Source of the DNA: Phoronis australis
Taxonomy: Eukaryota; Animalia; Phoronida
Assembly (NCBI GenBank): GCA_002633005.1
Contig: NMRA01000094.1
Location: forward strand, 584,597-648,596
Direction: 5' to 3'
Length of the DNA stretch: 64,000 bases
Part shown: piece after piece, positions 35,793 through 47,274 of the stretch
Numbering within the stretch: position 1 is the first letter of the stretch
Layout of the letters: the number at the start of each line of letters is the position of its first letter
Position numbers and translations under genes: made by a program
Notes under the pieces: generated by a model
Databases searched by the model: none
Seen by the model: the letters and a program-made list of their open reading frames with translations, nothing else
What the model was told of the DNA's origin: nothing

Positions 35793-36829
35793 GAAATGGT
35801 CAACTTGAACATATTCTAAAATTGTCAAGCCAATTACATTTCAAGATGTTCTTTCAGTGCTCAAAAATGACACAAGGAGATATTGTTTTAAACACTCATT
35901 TACTCTCACGGCGCGAAAAGAACACGTTCCACGGAGCGACGGCTATTAGTTGGTTGGCTGGTCGCAGGTCATATGAGGCATCAGTGGCGGATCTAGGATA
36001 TCAAAAGTGGGCTGAGCCTCCTGCCCCTCCGCACGTAAACCCGCCTATGCGACATGGTCGAGTACGATGCCTGTGTTTGCGACCTCGAGGTAACAGCAAA
36101 GATTTTATAGGGATATAGTATCTTTGGTAACAGTAGAAATTTACGCTAAATTTAGCCGTATTCCCGTAATCACGTTTTTTCATGATGAAGGGGGAGACAG
36201 AAATCGACTGTCGTTATCTGACTCCTGTAATAATACTTTCCGATCGTGTGTCCGATTCTCACAGTCGGTGGTCCAGATACTGATCGTATTTGTAATCGAC
36301 ACGAGTCATTGGTGACTTGCTTGATTATTTTCTTACAATGGTAGTTCAATAACAAAAGCGCACCGCAGACAAATATGCATGGTATTGAAGTCTACGGCGG
36401 AATGCACGGCTATATCGCAATACGCTAACGCATAGAAAATGTCACAATAATTCAAACTATCTTTTCTTTAAAAGCAACAGAAAATATTGTACTCTTATGC
36501 ATTGTGTGTATGTAACATGGGTGTGCTGTGTGGAAACATACAAGTTTTAGATTATGCTAACCAGCTCGTTCCAATGGCCAGATTAGCATTTAACAACATT
36601 ATAAATCTTATAGAAGTGTCAATAATACGTAACACAAAGGACCGATTGAAACGATAACAGTGTTAACGCCAAATTGTAACTTTGTATAGATAAATAAACA
36701 CGTTCTTCCATACGTTATGTGCTTATTCTTCATGCTCACACGTGCCTCGCTGTTTTCATTACGTTTGTTATTCAGTAACTCCGAAACCATTAAATATATA
36801 GATGCCATTCGGTGCGGCTTTTAATGATT

Positions 36830-37022
36830 ATCTGGATTAGATTGGCCGAACTAACGTAAACGGAGTATTCGTGTTAAGATATCAGTTATCTTATATCATT
36901 GTGTAACTTAATAACTGTCAGTTATCAGGTGTTTACGAAAATCCTGTGACATCTTTCATGAACCTGTTTTCCTCTATAGTGGGCCTGTTGCCAGCTAGTG
37001 ACACTGAATTTCAGACGTGAAG
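36830..37022 (+). promoter_or_regulatory. Possible promoter and non-coding exon of a downstream + strand gene
   Basis: gattgg (CCAAT box) near 36840, TCAGTT initiator-like motif near 36918, strong donor AG|GTAAGT at 37022/37023. No transcript evidence. Confidence 0.25.
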
Positions 37023-37984
37023 GTAAGTGACGATTTAAATTGTCATTTGCCTAATTCTCGCCAAGTTCAAAAAGGTGTTGAGCCGAAGCGCGCTCAGAGA
37101 ATGTGCATACGTGCCGCTGGTGGATTTTCCACGACCTTTCTTGAAAAGGTGATTTAGCTATTTCATTCCTAACTCAACGGGCACTCCGACCGGGCGGCAT
37201 CAAAACACCACGGGGTTAGAGATCGCCACTGGAAGAGCTCACAGCAAACGGGTCCCTTTTTACGAATATACTCTCTAAAAATGTATCGCAATTTTCCAAG
37301 TGTACAGCCTCATTCAAAAATAGTCCCGAAGGTCTCTACACCCAGGAGGGCACGTGCATTGTTTCTCATGTCACACCAACGGACAGTTATCAACGTAACC
37401 ACCAGAGAGTGCTGTGTGTCAACCCGTCTGTGGCCTGATTGGTACACTTAGCTGAATGCCTTCGACTTTTGGGTTGACGGTGGCAGGTATGCAACATTAT
37501 AACTTGTTTGTTTGGTGCATGGAATCTGTCGACTTGTCTTCAGTGTGATCGAAAAGGTACAAATCTCTTTCACTTGTCTGGTATGTGGACAAATGACCGT
37601 TTGCGTAACGGCCGCTTATTGCCAGCAAGCCTTCTGGAACGTCAACGCCTGAGGAATGGTTTTAAAATGTCATTAAGAGTAGGGTAGGCAGACCTATATT
37701 TGTCGCAGTATTGTTGCAAATATTGGTCTACTAAACTGCATTTCTTTATTTACGAAGCAGTGGTCTAGTTTGGAAAACTAATGGCTTCAAGTCACGTTCC
37801 CGGCCCATTCAAATTCCGTTGCATTCTTAGGGAGGTTTTATAATAATATAAGCCTGGTTTAGCCTACAGGAGTCAAGTCGACCCATTGTGACTGTGTTGC
37901 TCAAGCACGTGGCTTGCATAACATTGTTTAGGACCTATCAACAGTGCAAGGAACAGCAGTTGGAACAAACATTATTACTCCTTT

Positions 37985-38130
37985 CAGGGCTCGACGCTAT
38001 TAAAATCGCCAGGTCGCATTTTGCGACCTAGCCAAAATCCCAGNCTTTATACGAGCTGACAAAAATCTCAGCTCGCATTTCCAAATTTCAGGTCGCAAAT
38101 GCGACCTGCAGCTCGTTATGTCGAGCCCTG
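37985..38130. mobile_element. hAT-like MITE with 5-bp TSD
   Basis: CCTTT|cagggctcgac ... gtcgagccctg|CCTTT; internal ggtcgca...tgcgacc palindromes. Confidence 0.85.
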
Positions 38131-38341
38131 CCTTTCCTCTGTACTGAGTTGTGAAGCAATTTCTGCTGTTCAAAAATAAAGAGTTCAATTTTCAATGATT
38201 GGTTTTGTTGTTTAGAGTCTACCGATTTTCTAGATGTGGAGAGGTAGTATTGTTGTCACGAACTGGCAACTGTTATCACTAACATCCCCCCTCACCCCTC
38301 AGTAGGAAAATTCCAGGTAGTGCTTAATGTCATGTACTTAA

Positions 38342-39255
38342 AGGCAAAGGCAACCTTTTTTCATGTCATGTTTAGCAAAAATAAGGTTCATTGATCATCC
38401 CGGACATATTTTTCATTTAATTACATTTTTTTGTAATTTAAACAATTACGCACCATTTACTCCGGAAGTGACGTTTTGGGAGGCAAGTATTTCGCGCCAA
38501 TTTCTTATCATATAGTCTGACTGTGAGAGCTACCGAGTCAGTCATTGTTCTACCTGTGTTGTGATTAGTTCGGTTGTCATTTGCTCGTTTTGTTTACGAG
38601 TCAGTCAACATGGCTCACTGTTGCTCTGTACTAAGATGTACTCATTATTGTCTCACGGACAGAGGAACTATTGTCCCACTTGCCCGAGTGTCCCGCAACA
38701 CACTCCCACTGGATGGTGACCTGACACAAACTGCTTACATCCCGTCGGTGACTCCCTTGCCATACACCTGGCACCTTCTAAACTAAATAACTAATTATAC
38801 TTTAGACAAGTCCTCAATAAACTTAGTTTGGCGCACCGATTTATTCATTGGACGATGATCTGTCCTCTTCACTGGGTGTCGAACTGGGCCTGTATTCACT
38901 CCTTCTACTCAACATCGCAGCAGGGCTGCTTACAGGCTCTGGGCGATAATGAGTACATCCCGGTAGGCAGCAACAGTGTGGCATGTTGACTGACTCGTAA
39001 ACAAAAGCAAACGATGACCAAACTTGTCACAGGCGAGGTATAACAATGACTGACTCGAAAGCTCTCACAGTCAGACTAAGTGAAAAGAAATTGTCGCGAA
39101 ATTCTTGCCTCCCAAAACGTCACTTTCGGAGTAAAGGACATTGTCAAATAATTAATTAAATTACGTAAAGTTGTAATTAAGTGAAAAATATTTCTGGGAT
39201 AATCAAAGAACCTTATTTTTGCTAAAAATGACATGAGAAAAGGTTACCTTTCACT
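38342..39255. mobile_element. Kolobok-like foldback element with ~310-bp inverted repeats and TTAA TSD
   Basis: TTAA|aggcaaaggcaacc ... ggttacctttcact|TTAA; inverted similarity extends to ~38655/38945. Confidence 0.85.
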
Positions 39256-40260
39256 TTAATGTGCTTGTTAGTTGCCATAAAAAATTTGCTGATGACATAA
39301 TTCGTAATTTCTAGCTTAGAACTCTGTGACACCATAGATTATATAAGATAACAGATTCGCAACTCCGACATTTTCTTGTGTACTATCCTAGAGGAGGCGC
39401 CACTCTCCTAAATTATCTGTTTCAGTTTCCGGTTAGTGTATTGTGACGGGAAATTCTCGCATCTATTTTACTGTCCAGTACAATGAAAAAAATTTCGGCA
39501 ATGAAACGCTGCTCAAAGTCTTCCAATATTAGAAGTGATGGTATCGTGAGTAGTTTTAGCAATGCTATTACTACCCGACCACCCAACAGCTGACCATGAT
39601 TAGCAGACGACGTACTTGCTGGAAATAACACCAGATAATTTGGCCAGGTGTCGCTAGTGAATAATGAATAATGACATAACGCTTGTGCGTAAGAGCACAG
39701 ATTTTGTCCATTGAAAGTATATGGAGTTGGCGGTCCTTGTCTATTGGTGTAACAAGCCACATTTCATTAGACTGCATGGAATGTGAGCAGCGACTATTAC
39801 TTAATTAAGTATTTTTCATTGCTGGAATGTCAATGTTTAAGTTATTTAACAAATCTATCGGGCTTTTCTTTTTCTTGGATAATTTGCTGTGGTTACTATA
39901 AGTAGTCAGGGCTTCATTTATAGAACAATGACACTTGATTGCAAACAAGCCATTAGGAACTCGCCCATTTCATAACACCCTAGGATTTTAATTGTTTGGC
40001 TTCTGAAATTGATTTACTGGTAAAAACATGTTCGGATCATTTTTACCTCAAGAAATATAATAAAAATTATCCGAAATAGATGCTAAAGGTTTTGTTTCTC
40101 TGGTACAGGTGATGAATGATTTTAGTAACTCACTGAACCACCGTGAGATATATACTAGTATATGTATGTGTTTCTCACATGACCTGGAATGTGTTACGAC
40201 ACGACTGGTTAATATCACCGAGTACGTAATTTTTTTGATATTACATGGGCGAATCACAAA

Positions 40261-40917
40261 GTAGGACCCTAGAAAAATGTCCAAATTTGACTAAATAAAC
40301 TCTTTGGAACATCATCTCTGAAATGGCTGATCGAATTCATATGAATCTTTCCTACTGCTTTATAGCGTTTTAGGAATTTTTTGAAGATGTTCCACATTTA
40401 TGTAAGTGACTATAAAAAATAGCACTTTTATGATTTCATGAAAAAATAACTCTCATTAAAAGAAAACTAAATTATATTTTAGAGTTAATCTGTAACAGCG
40501 TTTTTGAGATCTCACATTGAACATTTACACCAAACAAAATCTGTTCATGCTTTTAATACGTTGTTTTGCTAACAATATACCTTTCTTTTTGTGAAATTTT
40601 ATCAACAATACAGGGTCACGTAACCCAATTAACAAAGTCAAAAATCAAATGCTTATTGGCTTTCTGCTTTTATAAAATATGTGTTTTTACTGAGTTGAAA
40701 TCTATACTTTTGAGTTTTTTATGAAAATCATCAAACCCTGCACTTAGATAGCCCCTCATGCAAAAGTGAAAATTTTAAAAACGCTTCCTAGCAACGTTTT
40801 GGAGAACAGTATAAAGCATGGTATCTGAAAGTTTCTTGTGATTCCGAAGAGAAATGATGTTCTAAACTTAGCAGCCAAAGTTGGGAATTGTTCTAGGGTC
40901 CTACAAAATTACCTTAA
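40261..40917. mobile_element. AT-rich MITE with terminal inverted repeats, family uncertain
   Basis: gtaggaccctagaaaaat ... attgttctagggtcctac(aaaattaccttaa). Confidence 0.55.
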
Positions 40918-42825
40918 GATAGTTCTGTTGAGTGTGGTGACTGAGGGGGCACAGTTATTGACCAGGTCTTGTGAGCCCAGCATGCACTGTTGATGTGAAT
41001 AGTGCCGTTAACACTTACAAAGTTGATACGGATCAGCTGAGATGGAACAAGTTGTTCCAGTGTGTAAACGGACTAACACGGTGCAAATTGACACCGCGGT
41101 GACAAATTTTTGCCACCCGTTTGTGATGTAGAGTAATTTGCGCCTGAACATCTTGCGCCGTGTCAATTATAAGTCTAAACGCGAAACTGGAGAAAGGCGG
41201 AAAGAATCATCTCTACTGCGCTTGTGCAATGACCTACATACGGGTTCTTTGTCTCTGCAATTCTCGTCATTTGTAAACCTGCGCATGTGCGATCCAGTCT
41301 CTCCAGCCTTTAATTTCCGTCTTGCCACGGTTAGTGAGTTGTGTGTATAAACGGCGCTTGACACGGTCAATTTGCTCCGTGTCAGTTGCGCCGGGCCAAA
41401 AGTTGATGTCTAAATGGGACTATTGTCAGTTTCAGAGAGTTTTCCTTTGTGTAGACATCTTTTAGTAGTATAGGCCATCATTGTGACATCACAGGAGCAA
41501 GACTGACTAATTACCCACTTCTCTTTTTGTGAATTCAGTGACATTTGTAAATTGTGAACTATGTTGTGACCTCTTCACCTAATCACCAATTTCATGTGCC
41601 CACATGTGGGTGTTCATTGTCCACTGCTGTATTTCCGAAATTTCATTGGAGGATCGTCATGAAAGTTGGCATACGTGTATCTATGGAGTTGACTTATGCT
41701 GCGCTCCCATTGGCTGTTTTAATTGTTTATGTATTTCCCTCTCTATCTTTGGAGTTGTTTCTGTTTTTCGGATAGTTCAGACATATTCTTGCAATTTCAC
41801 AAGTGTATTCTTATGAATATGGCAGGAAATGTCTAAGTCTACTTTTTGCCTCTTGGTCTTGTTTTCATGAAATTTGGCATGCCTTCTATTTTGAGTTTGA
41901 GGTATTCTTCACCACCAAATGTTCAATTTTGTGTTACTAATAATCATACCTACAAAAATACTGTGCGCTGTTGTGCATTTCAATCCCTTGCATTGTTCAG
42001 ATTCTTTATTTTTTGATAAATGTGACTTGTCATATGCATAAGAGTACATACAAAAGCATTACTTTTGGTTATCTTAGAAAAACATTGGCATGGTTCAGTC
42101 GACCCACAGGGCTTCAAATCTATGGGTTAATTTGAAGTTGGGGCTACGTTATTCTTTCTGTCCTTTTAATGTGCCTATGTATTTCTTTATGGGTTAATAT
42201 TGCCGTCATCTCTGTCCGGGCGTCCTGTGTCTGGTCTCCAATGTCCGCTGTATCACACAACTCCTTGCATCATCTTAATGAGATTTGCCCGATGTGTTCC
42301 TATGGTTGCCAGAAATTTAGAATAAGGTGGGCAATTCAATTGCATTCGCCTGTTGACTTCAATAAATAAATCTGCCCTCCTGACATTTTCAGTTTTCTAC
42401 TTTTAATTAACCTGTTTCGTGACCTTTTCTCACATATATAAAGATTCTTTGTAAAGATAAACTAATGTGGAACTTGCCAACAGAAGAGTCCCTTTTACAG
42501 TGATGTATCCGTACTAGTATGTTTCTTAATCACCTGCAAGTTAAGTGCAATTTTTATAGTTAATGTTGACATGAATATTATGACACTTTTTGTTTTACTT
42601 CAAAAAAAATGAAATGGTAGTGTGGAAGGCTGGTTGACTTAATTTTCTGCAAGATTTATTCTGTTAATTGATTCTTTGTGCTCATTTCTTATTGAATTCC
42701 TTTGAGAGAACAGTTTGCATTGAATATCTTCACTTGGTGTTGTTAGCCTTTCAAAGACATTCCTGTTCTCATATCAACTTTGTTTCAATGTCATTGATTT
42801 TTGTAAATTTACTTTCAATCCTCAT

Positions 42826-45800
42826 TTTTATGCATCCACATATACTTGTGCATCATGATCTCTGTCTGGATTCCGCACCTGTATCTGCTAAACTCCTTAC
42901 AGATTTGGCAGATGTGTTCCTATGAAGCTGAGAATGGATGACAGCAAATTTCAGACGTATCTGACTTCCGCCATGCCCCTAGTGGCAATTTTATTTTTTT
43001 ACGTTTTCCTCTGTATCTTGGGAGTTCCTTGATGGATTGATGAAGGTGATGATGCCATTCTCTTTGGGACGGATTCAATGGATTTTACCCCACATTATGG
43101 CCATTTTTATGCGCCCACATATTTATATGTGGACGCATTATGCCGTCATCTCTGTCCGTCCGTCCGTCCGGGCGGCGTCCGGCGTCCGGTGTCCGCTGCT
43201 CTATCTCCAAAACCCTTTGACATACGTTCATGAAATTTGGCACATATGTTCCATTCATGAATGGGACGGCATGTGCGAACTTTCGGACGGATCCGACTAC
43301 CGGTGTGCCCCCTAGTGGCAATTTTAGTTTTTTACGCTTACCTTTGTATCTTCAAAAGTCCTGAACGGATTTTCATGAAATTTGGTATGTAGGCACCTAG
43401 TAGTGAGATGACGCTATCCTGCCGTTTTCGGATGGATTCGACATAGTTTGCGCCACCTAGTGGCCATTTTTACTGTTTTCGAGTCTGTTTTTGTGCTTCC
43501 ACCCCTCTATCAACCAAACCGCTCAAAGGATGATTGTGAAAATTGGCATGTATGTGCTTACTATGTAGAGGACGGTTGACGATGATTTTCCGACGATTTC
43601 GACTACTGTGGCGCCTCCTAGTGGCAGTTTTGTTTTTTTTGCGCCTATGGCTGTATCTCCTAAACCGTTCGCAGGATCTTTACGAAATTGTGTAAGTATA
43701 TTTATATGATGTTAACAACGGAAGATGACGACTTTTGGACGGATCCGACTACCGGTGTGCCCCCTAGTGGCAATTTTAATTTTTTTACGCTTACCTTTGT
43801 ATCTTCACAAGTCCTTATTGGATTTTCATGAAATTTGGTATGTAGGCACCTATTAGTGAGATGACGCTATCCTCCCGTTTTCAGATGGATTCGACATAGT
43901 TTGCGCCACCTAGTGGCCATTTTTAGTGTTTTCGAGTCTGTTTTTGTGCGTCCACCCCTCTATCAACCAAACCGCTCAAAGGATGATTGTGAAAATTGGC
44001 ATGTATATGCTTACTATGTAGAGGACGGTTGACGATGATTTTCCGACGATTTCGACTACTGTGGCGCCTCCTAGTGGCAGTTTTGTTTTTTTGCGCCTAT
44101 GGCTGTATCTCCTAAACCGTTCGCAGGATCTTTACAAATTGTGTAAGTATATTTATATGATGTTAACAACGGAAGATGACGACTTTTGGTCGGATCCGAC
44201 TACCGGTGTGCCCCCTAGTGGCAATTTTAGTTTTTTACGCTTACCTTTGTATCTTCAAAAGTACTGAACGGATTTTCATGAAATTTGGTATGTAGGCACC
44301 TATTAGTGAGATGACGCTATCCTCCCGTTTTCAGATGGATTCGACATAGTTTGCGCCACCTAGTGGCCATTTTTACTGTTTTCGAGTCTGTATTTTTGCG
44401 TCCACCCCTCTGTCAACCAAATCGCTCAAAGGATGATTGTGAAAATTGTCGTGTATGTGCTTACTATAAGGAAGACAGCTGACAATGATTTTCAGATGAT
44501 TTGGACTACTGTGGCGCCTCCTAGTGGCAGTTTTGTTTTTTTTTGCGCCCATGGCTGTATCTCCCAAACCGTTTCCAGGATCTTTACTAAATTTAGCAAG
44601 TGTATTTATGTGATGTTGACATCGGACGATGACGACTTTAGGATGATTCTGACTACCGGTATGCCTCTAGTGGCAATTTTAGTATTTGCCTCTAGTGGCA
44701 ATTTTAGTATTTTACATTGACCTCTGAATTTTCATAGGTCTTCAGGTGTATACTTTGTGTTACTTCGTGACTATGAAGGAAAAGTTCCAAGTAGAAATTT
44801 GTTTCTGGCATTCTAATGCTGTGCTAATCTCGTATGTTGGTAAATTTGTTTTTAATTCTATGTTTCTGTGGTGCTTTAAGCAACTGGTGTATAGGATGTG
44901 CTTGTATTATGAAGATTACTCACATTTTGCCCCTAGCCTATTGAGGAGACAATGTTCACGCCTTTCCATTTTGCTAAGTACAACATACATATATGCCCTC
45001 TACTGGCCACTTTATGGTACCAATAAACAACCCTAAAAGGATACCGTTTGCGGTGCAATTGTGGGCACATTTCAACGCTCTGCGTTGCTCTTGTTGTTAT
45101 TTTTGTGTTTGTTTTCTGGCATCCACCTCTCTATCTGTTATACTGCTTAAAGGATCATGATGAAAATTTACAGAATGTGTTTTTTGATGAGAAGGTAATA
45201 ACTGACGTTGACTTCTGGATGCGTCTGACCACTTTGTCATGCCCTAGTGGCGATTTTTTGCGTCTGCGGCTCAATCTCCTTAGCCTTTGAAGGAGCTATG
45301 TGAAATTTGAAAGATGTGTACCGATGGCAACCAGTAACAAGTGTCAAACTGGTCCAAATACCACTGTGCCCCCTAGTGGCAATCAAAATCTTTTGTTTAC
45401 GCTTGCCTGGCTCTGTATGATCACGTTTCATGAAGTTTAGCAAATAGGTTTCTATCAAGGAGACGACAACGCCTACCCATTTTCGGATAGATGTGATGTT
45501 TTCAACACTACCTGGTGGCCATTTAAACATTTTTACATATGTTTCTGAGATCTGCCTCTCTATTTGCCAAACCTCTCAAAGGATCATTATTATCAAAATT
45601 GATGATTGTCTTCTTGATGCGATGACCCCAGCTGAGATTTTTGGATGTTTTCAACTATTCTGGCATCCCCTAGGGGCAATTTTGCTTTTTTGTGTATACA
45701 GCTGTATCTCATCCTTAACCCTTTGAAGGATCTTTGTGAAATTAGGGAAATTAAGGCTCCTATAGAGATGGCAACAGACAACGATGAGTTTTATACCAAT

Positions 45801-46059
45801 TGCACTATAGCTGTGCCCCCTAGTGTCAATCGTTTTTTTATGTTTGCCTCTATATCTTGGGAGTTCCTTGGCTTATTTTCATGAAATTTGGCAATTAGTT
45901 GTGTATTACAGAGATAGCACCACCTTCTAGATTGGGACGTGTTTGACACATTCTGCGCCTTCTAATGGCCATGTTTATGATACTCAAAAAAAACCCATGG
46001 AAGCATACCGTTTGTGGTGCTGTCGTGGGTGCATTCCAATGTTCCGCGTTGCTCTTGTT
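42826..46059 (+). mobile_element. Older Helentron-type family-1 copy, split by a younger copy
   Basis: Decayed 5' end ttttatgcatccacatat; core breaks at ggccattttt (~43107) and resumes at ~45096; 3' end gtgggtgcattccaatgttccgcgttgctcttgtt. Confidence 0.7.
43108..45095 (+). mobile_element. Young complete Helentron-type family-1 element with ~452-bp tandem core
   Basis: 5' hairpin tatgcgcccacatatttatatgtggacgcat; (CCGT)n; ggatccgactaccgg at 43289, 43741 and 44192; 3' subTIR gtgggcacat, hairpin caacgc-tct-gcgttg, then ctcttgtt. Confidence 0.85.
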
Positions 46060-46656
46060 CTTGAATTAAAAGTTCCACAAGCCCTGAAAAATTGAGTAAA
46101 AATGTTTTAATCATGTGGGTGCACTGAGGTCTTTGCGCCTGCATTGGATGTATTGCCAGATAAGTTTATGCAGGCACTGGCAGGTTGTCCTGGTATCTAT
46201 GCATAACTTATGCTGTATGATGCAAGAGTTCCGCCAATTATTTCTATACCATTAGCTGTCAGTGCTGGGACCATGTGACCTATATGTAAACAGTATATGC
46301 TCTACCAATAAGACACTTTTCTGATGCTCTTTTAGAAAGACATTTTACAACCAGTGTATGCACCTAGTAATAAATTGCCTAAATTAAAGAGCCGTTTGCT
46401 TGTTTGTGAAGTTTAATTGTTACTTAGGCAAAAAGCTTAGTTGGTTCTGGCCAGTGGTGTAGAGTTGCTAACTTTTGCAAAAAATAGCTGAGGTAAGGAT
46501 AAATGATGCAAGATTTTTTACTCATTTTTTGGCAAATCATTGCATTTCAAACATTGCCTATGTGCCTTTTGTGCATCTTTTCAAAAAAACAAGACTGGTT
46601 GAAATTGATGTGGGTGGGCATTTTTTGTTGTAGTCTGTAAGTGCAGGTGTCAAAAT

Positions 46657-46801
46657 CATGGGCGGCGCAGCACTGAAAAAAGTGGGGGGCTAAAGCCCCC
46701 TAAGCCCCCTGTGGTGCACCGTCTGTAGACCATGTGCGGTGTAGCACTGAAAAAAGTTGGGGGGCTATAGTCCCCCAGCCCCCTATGGTGTACTGCCCAT
46801 G
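46657..46801. mobile_element. Tandem dimer of the 70-bp MITE with 5-bp TSD
   Basis: AAAAT|catgggcggcgcagcactgaaaaaagtgg...(x2)...ctgcccatg|AAAAT. Confidence 0.8.
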
Positions 46802-47213
46802 AAAATGAGTTGAAATTGAGTCAGAACCAGTTATCCTTTTTTTATTCTTGGCAAAACCCAAGTCTCTTACTTGTCCATAAGGTATTCCATTGAATGATTA
46901 AACTGCAGCCTATATCTGTGTAACAAACAGCTGTGAACGTCTTATTATTTCTGACTTGACAGAAACATGGAAAATTCCTACATGCGTATAATTTAAATCC
47001 ACTGCAGCTTTCACTCTGTTTTCAGATTTTTTGTGCTTGGTTCGAGATGTGTTAGTCTTGGTTGTCTATTTAAATCAAACTTTAATAAATAGACATTTTA
47101 AATTTTTGTTCACACATTTCCACAGCGTCTGATCCCCAACTAGTCACAAAGTCAACCAAGTGCTTTGCCAAATATTTCTGTACATTAGTGCATCAACAGA
47201 CAACAACCTAAAA

Positions 47214-47274
47214 CCAGTGTGACCCTCGCCAGTGTGACCTTCGCCAGTGTGACCCTCGCCAATGTGACCCTCGC
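47214..47274. repeat. 15-bp tandem repeat x4
   Basis: ccagtgtgaccctcg. Confidence 0.9.

Noticed and set aside
38810-38845. aataaa...tagt-TGGCGC, resembling an LTR end plus primer-binding site
   Set aside because: No second LTR or gag/pol sequence, and the match is too short.
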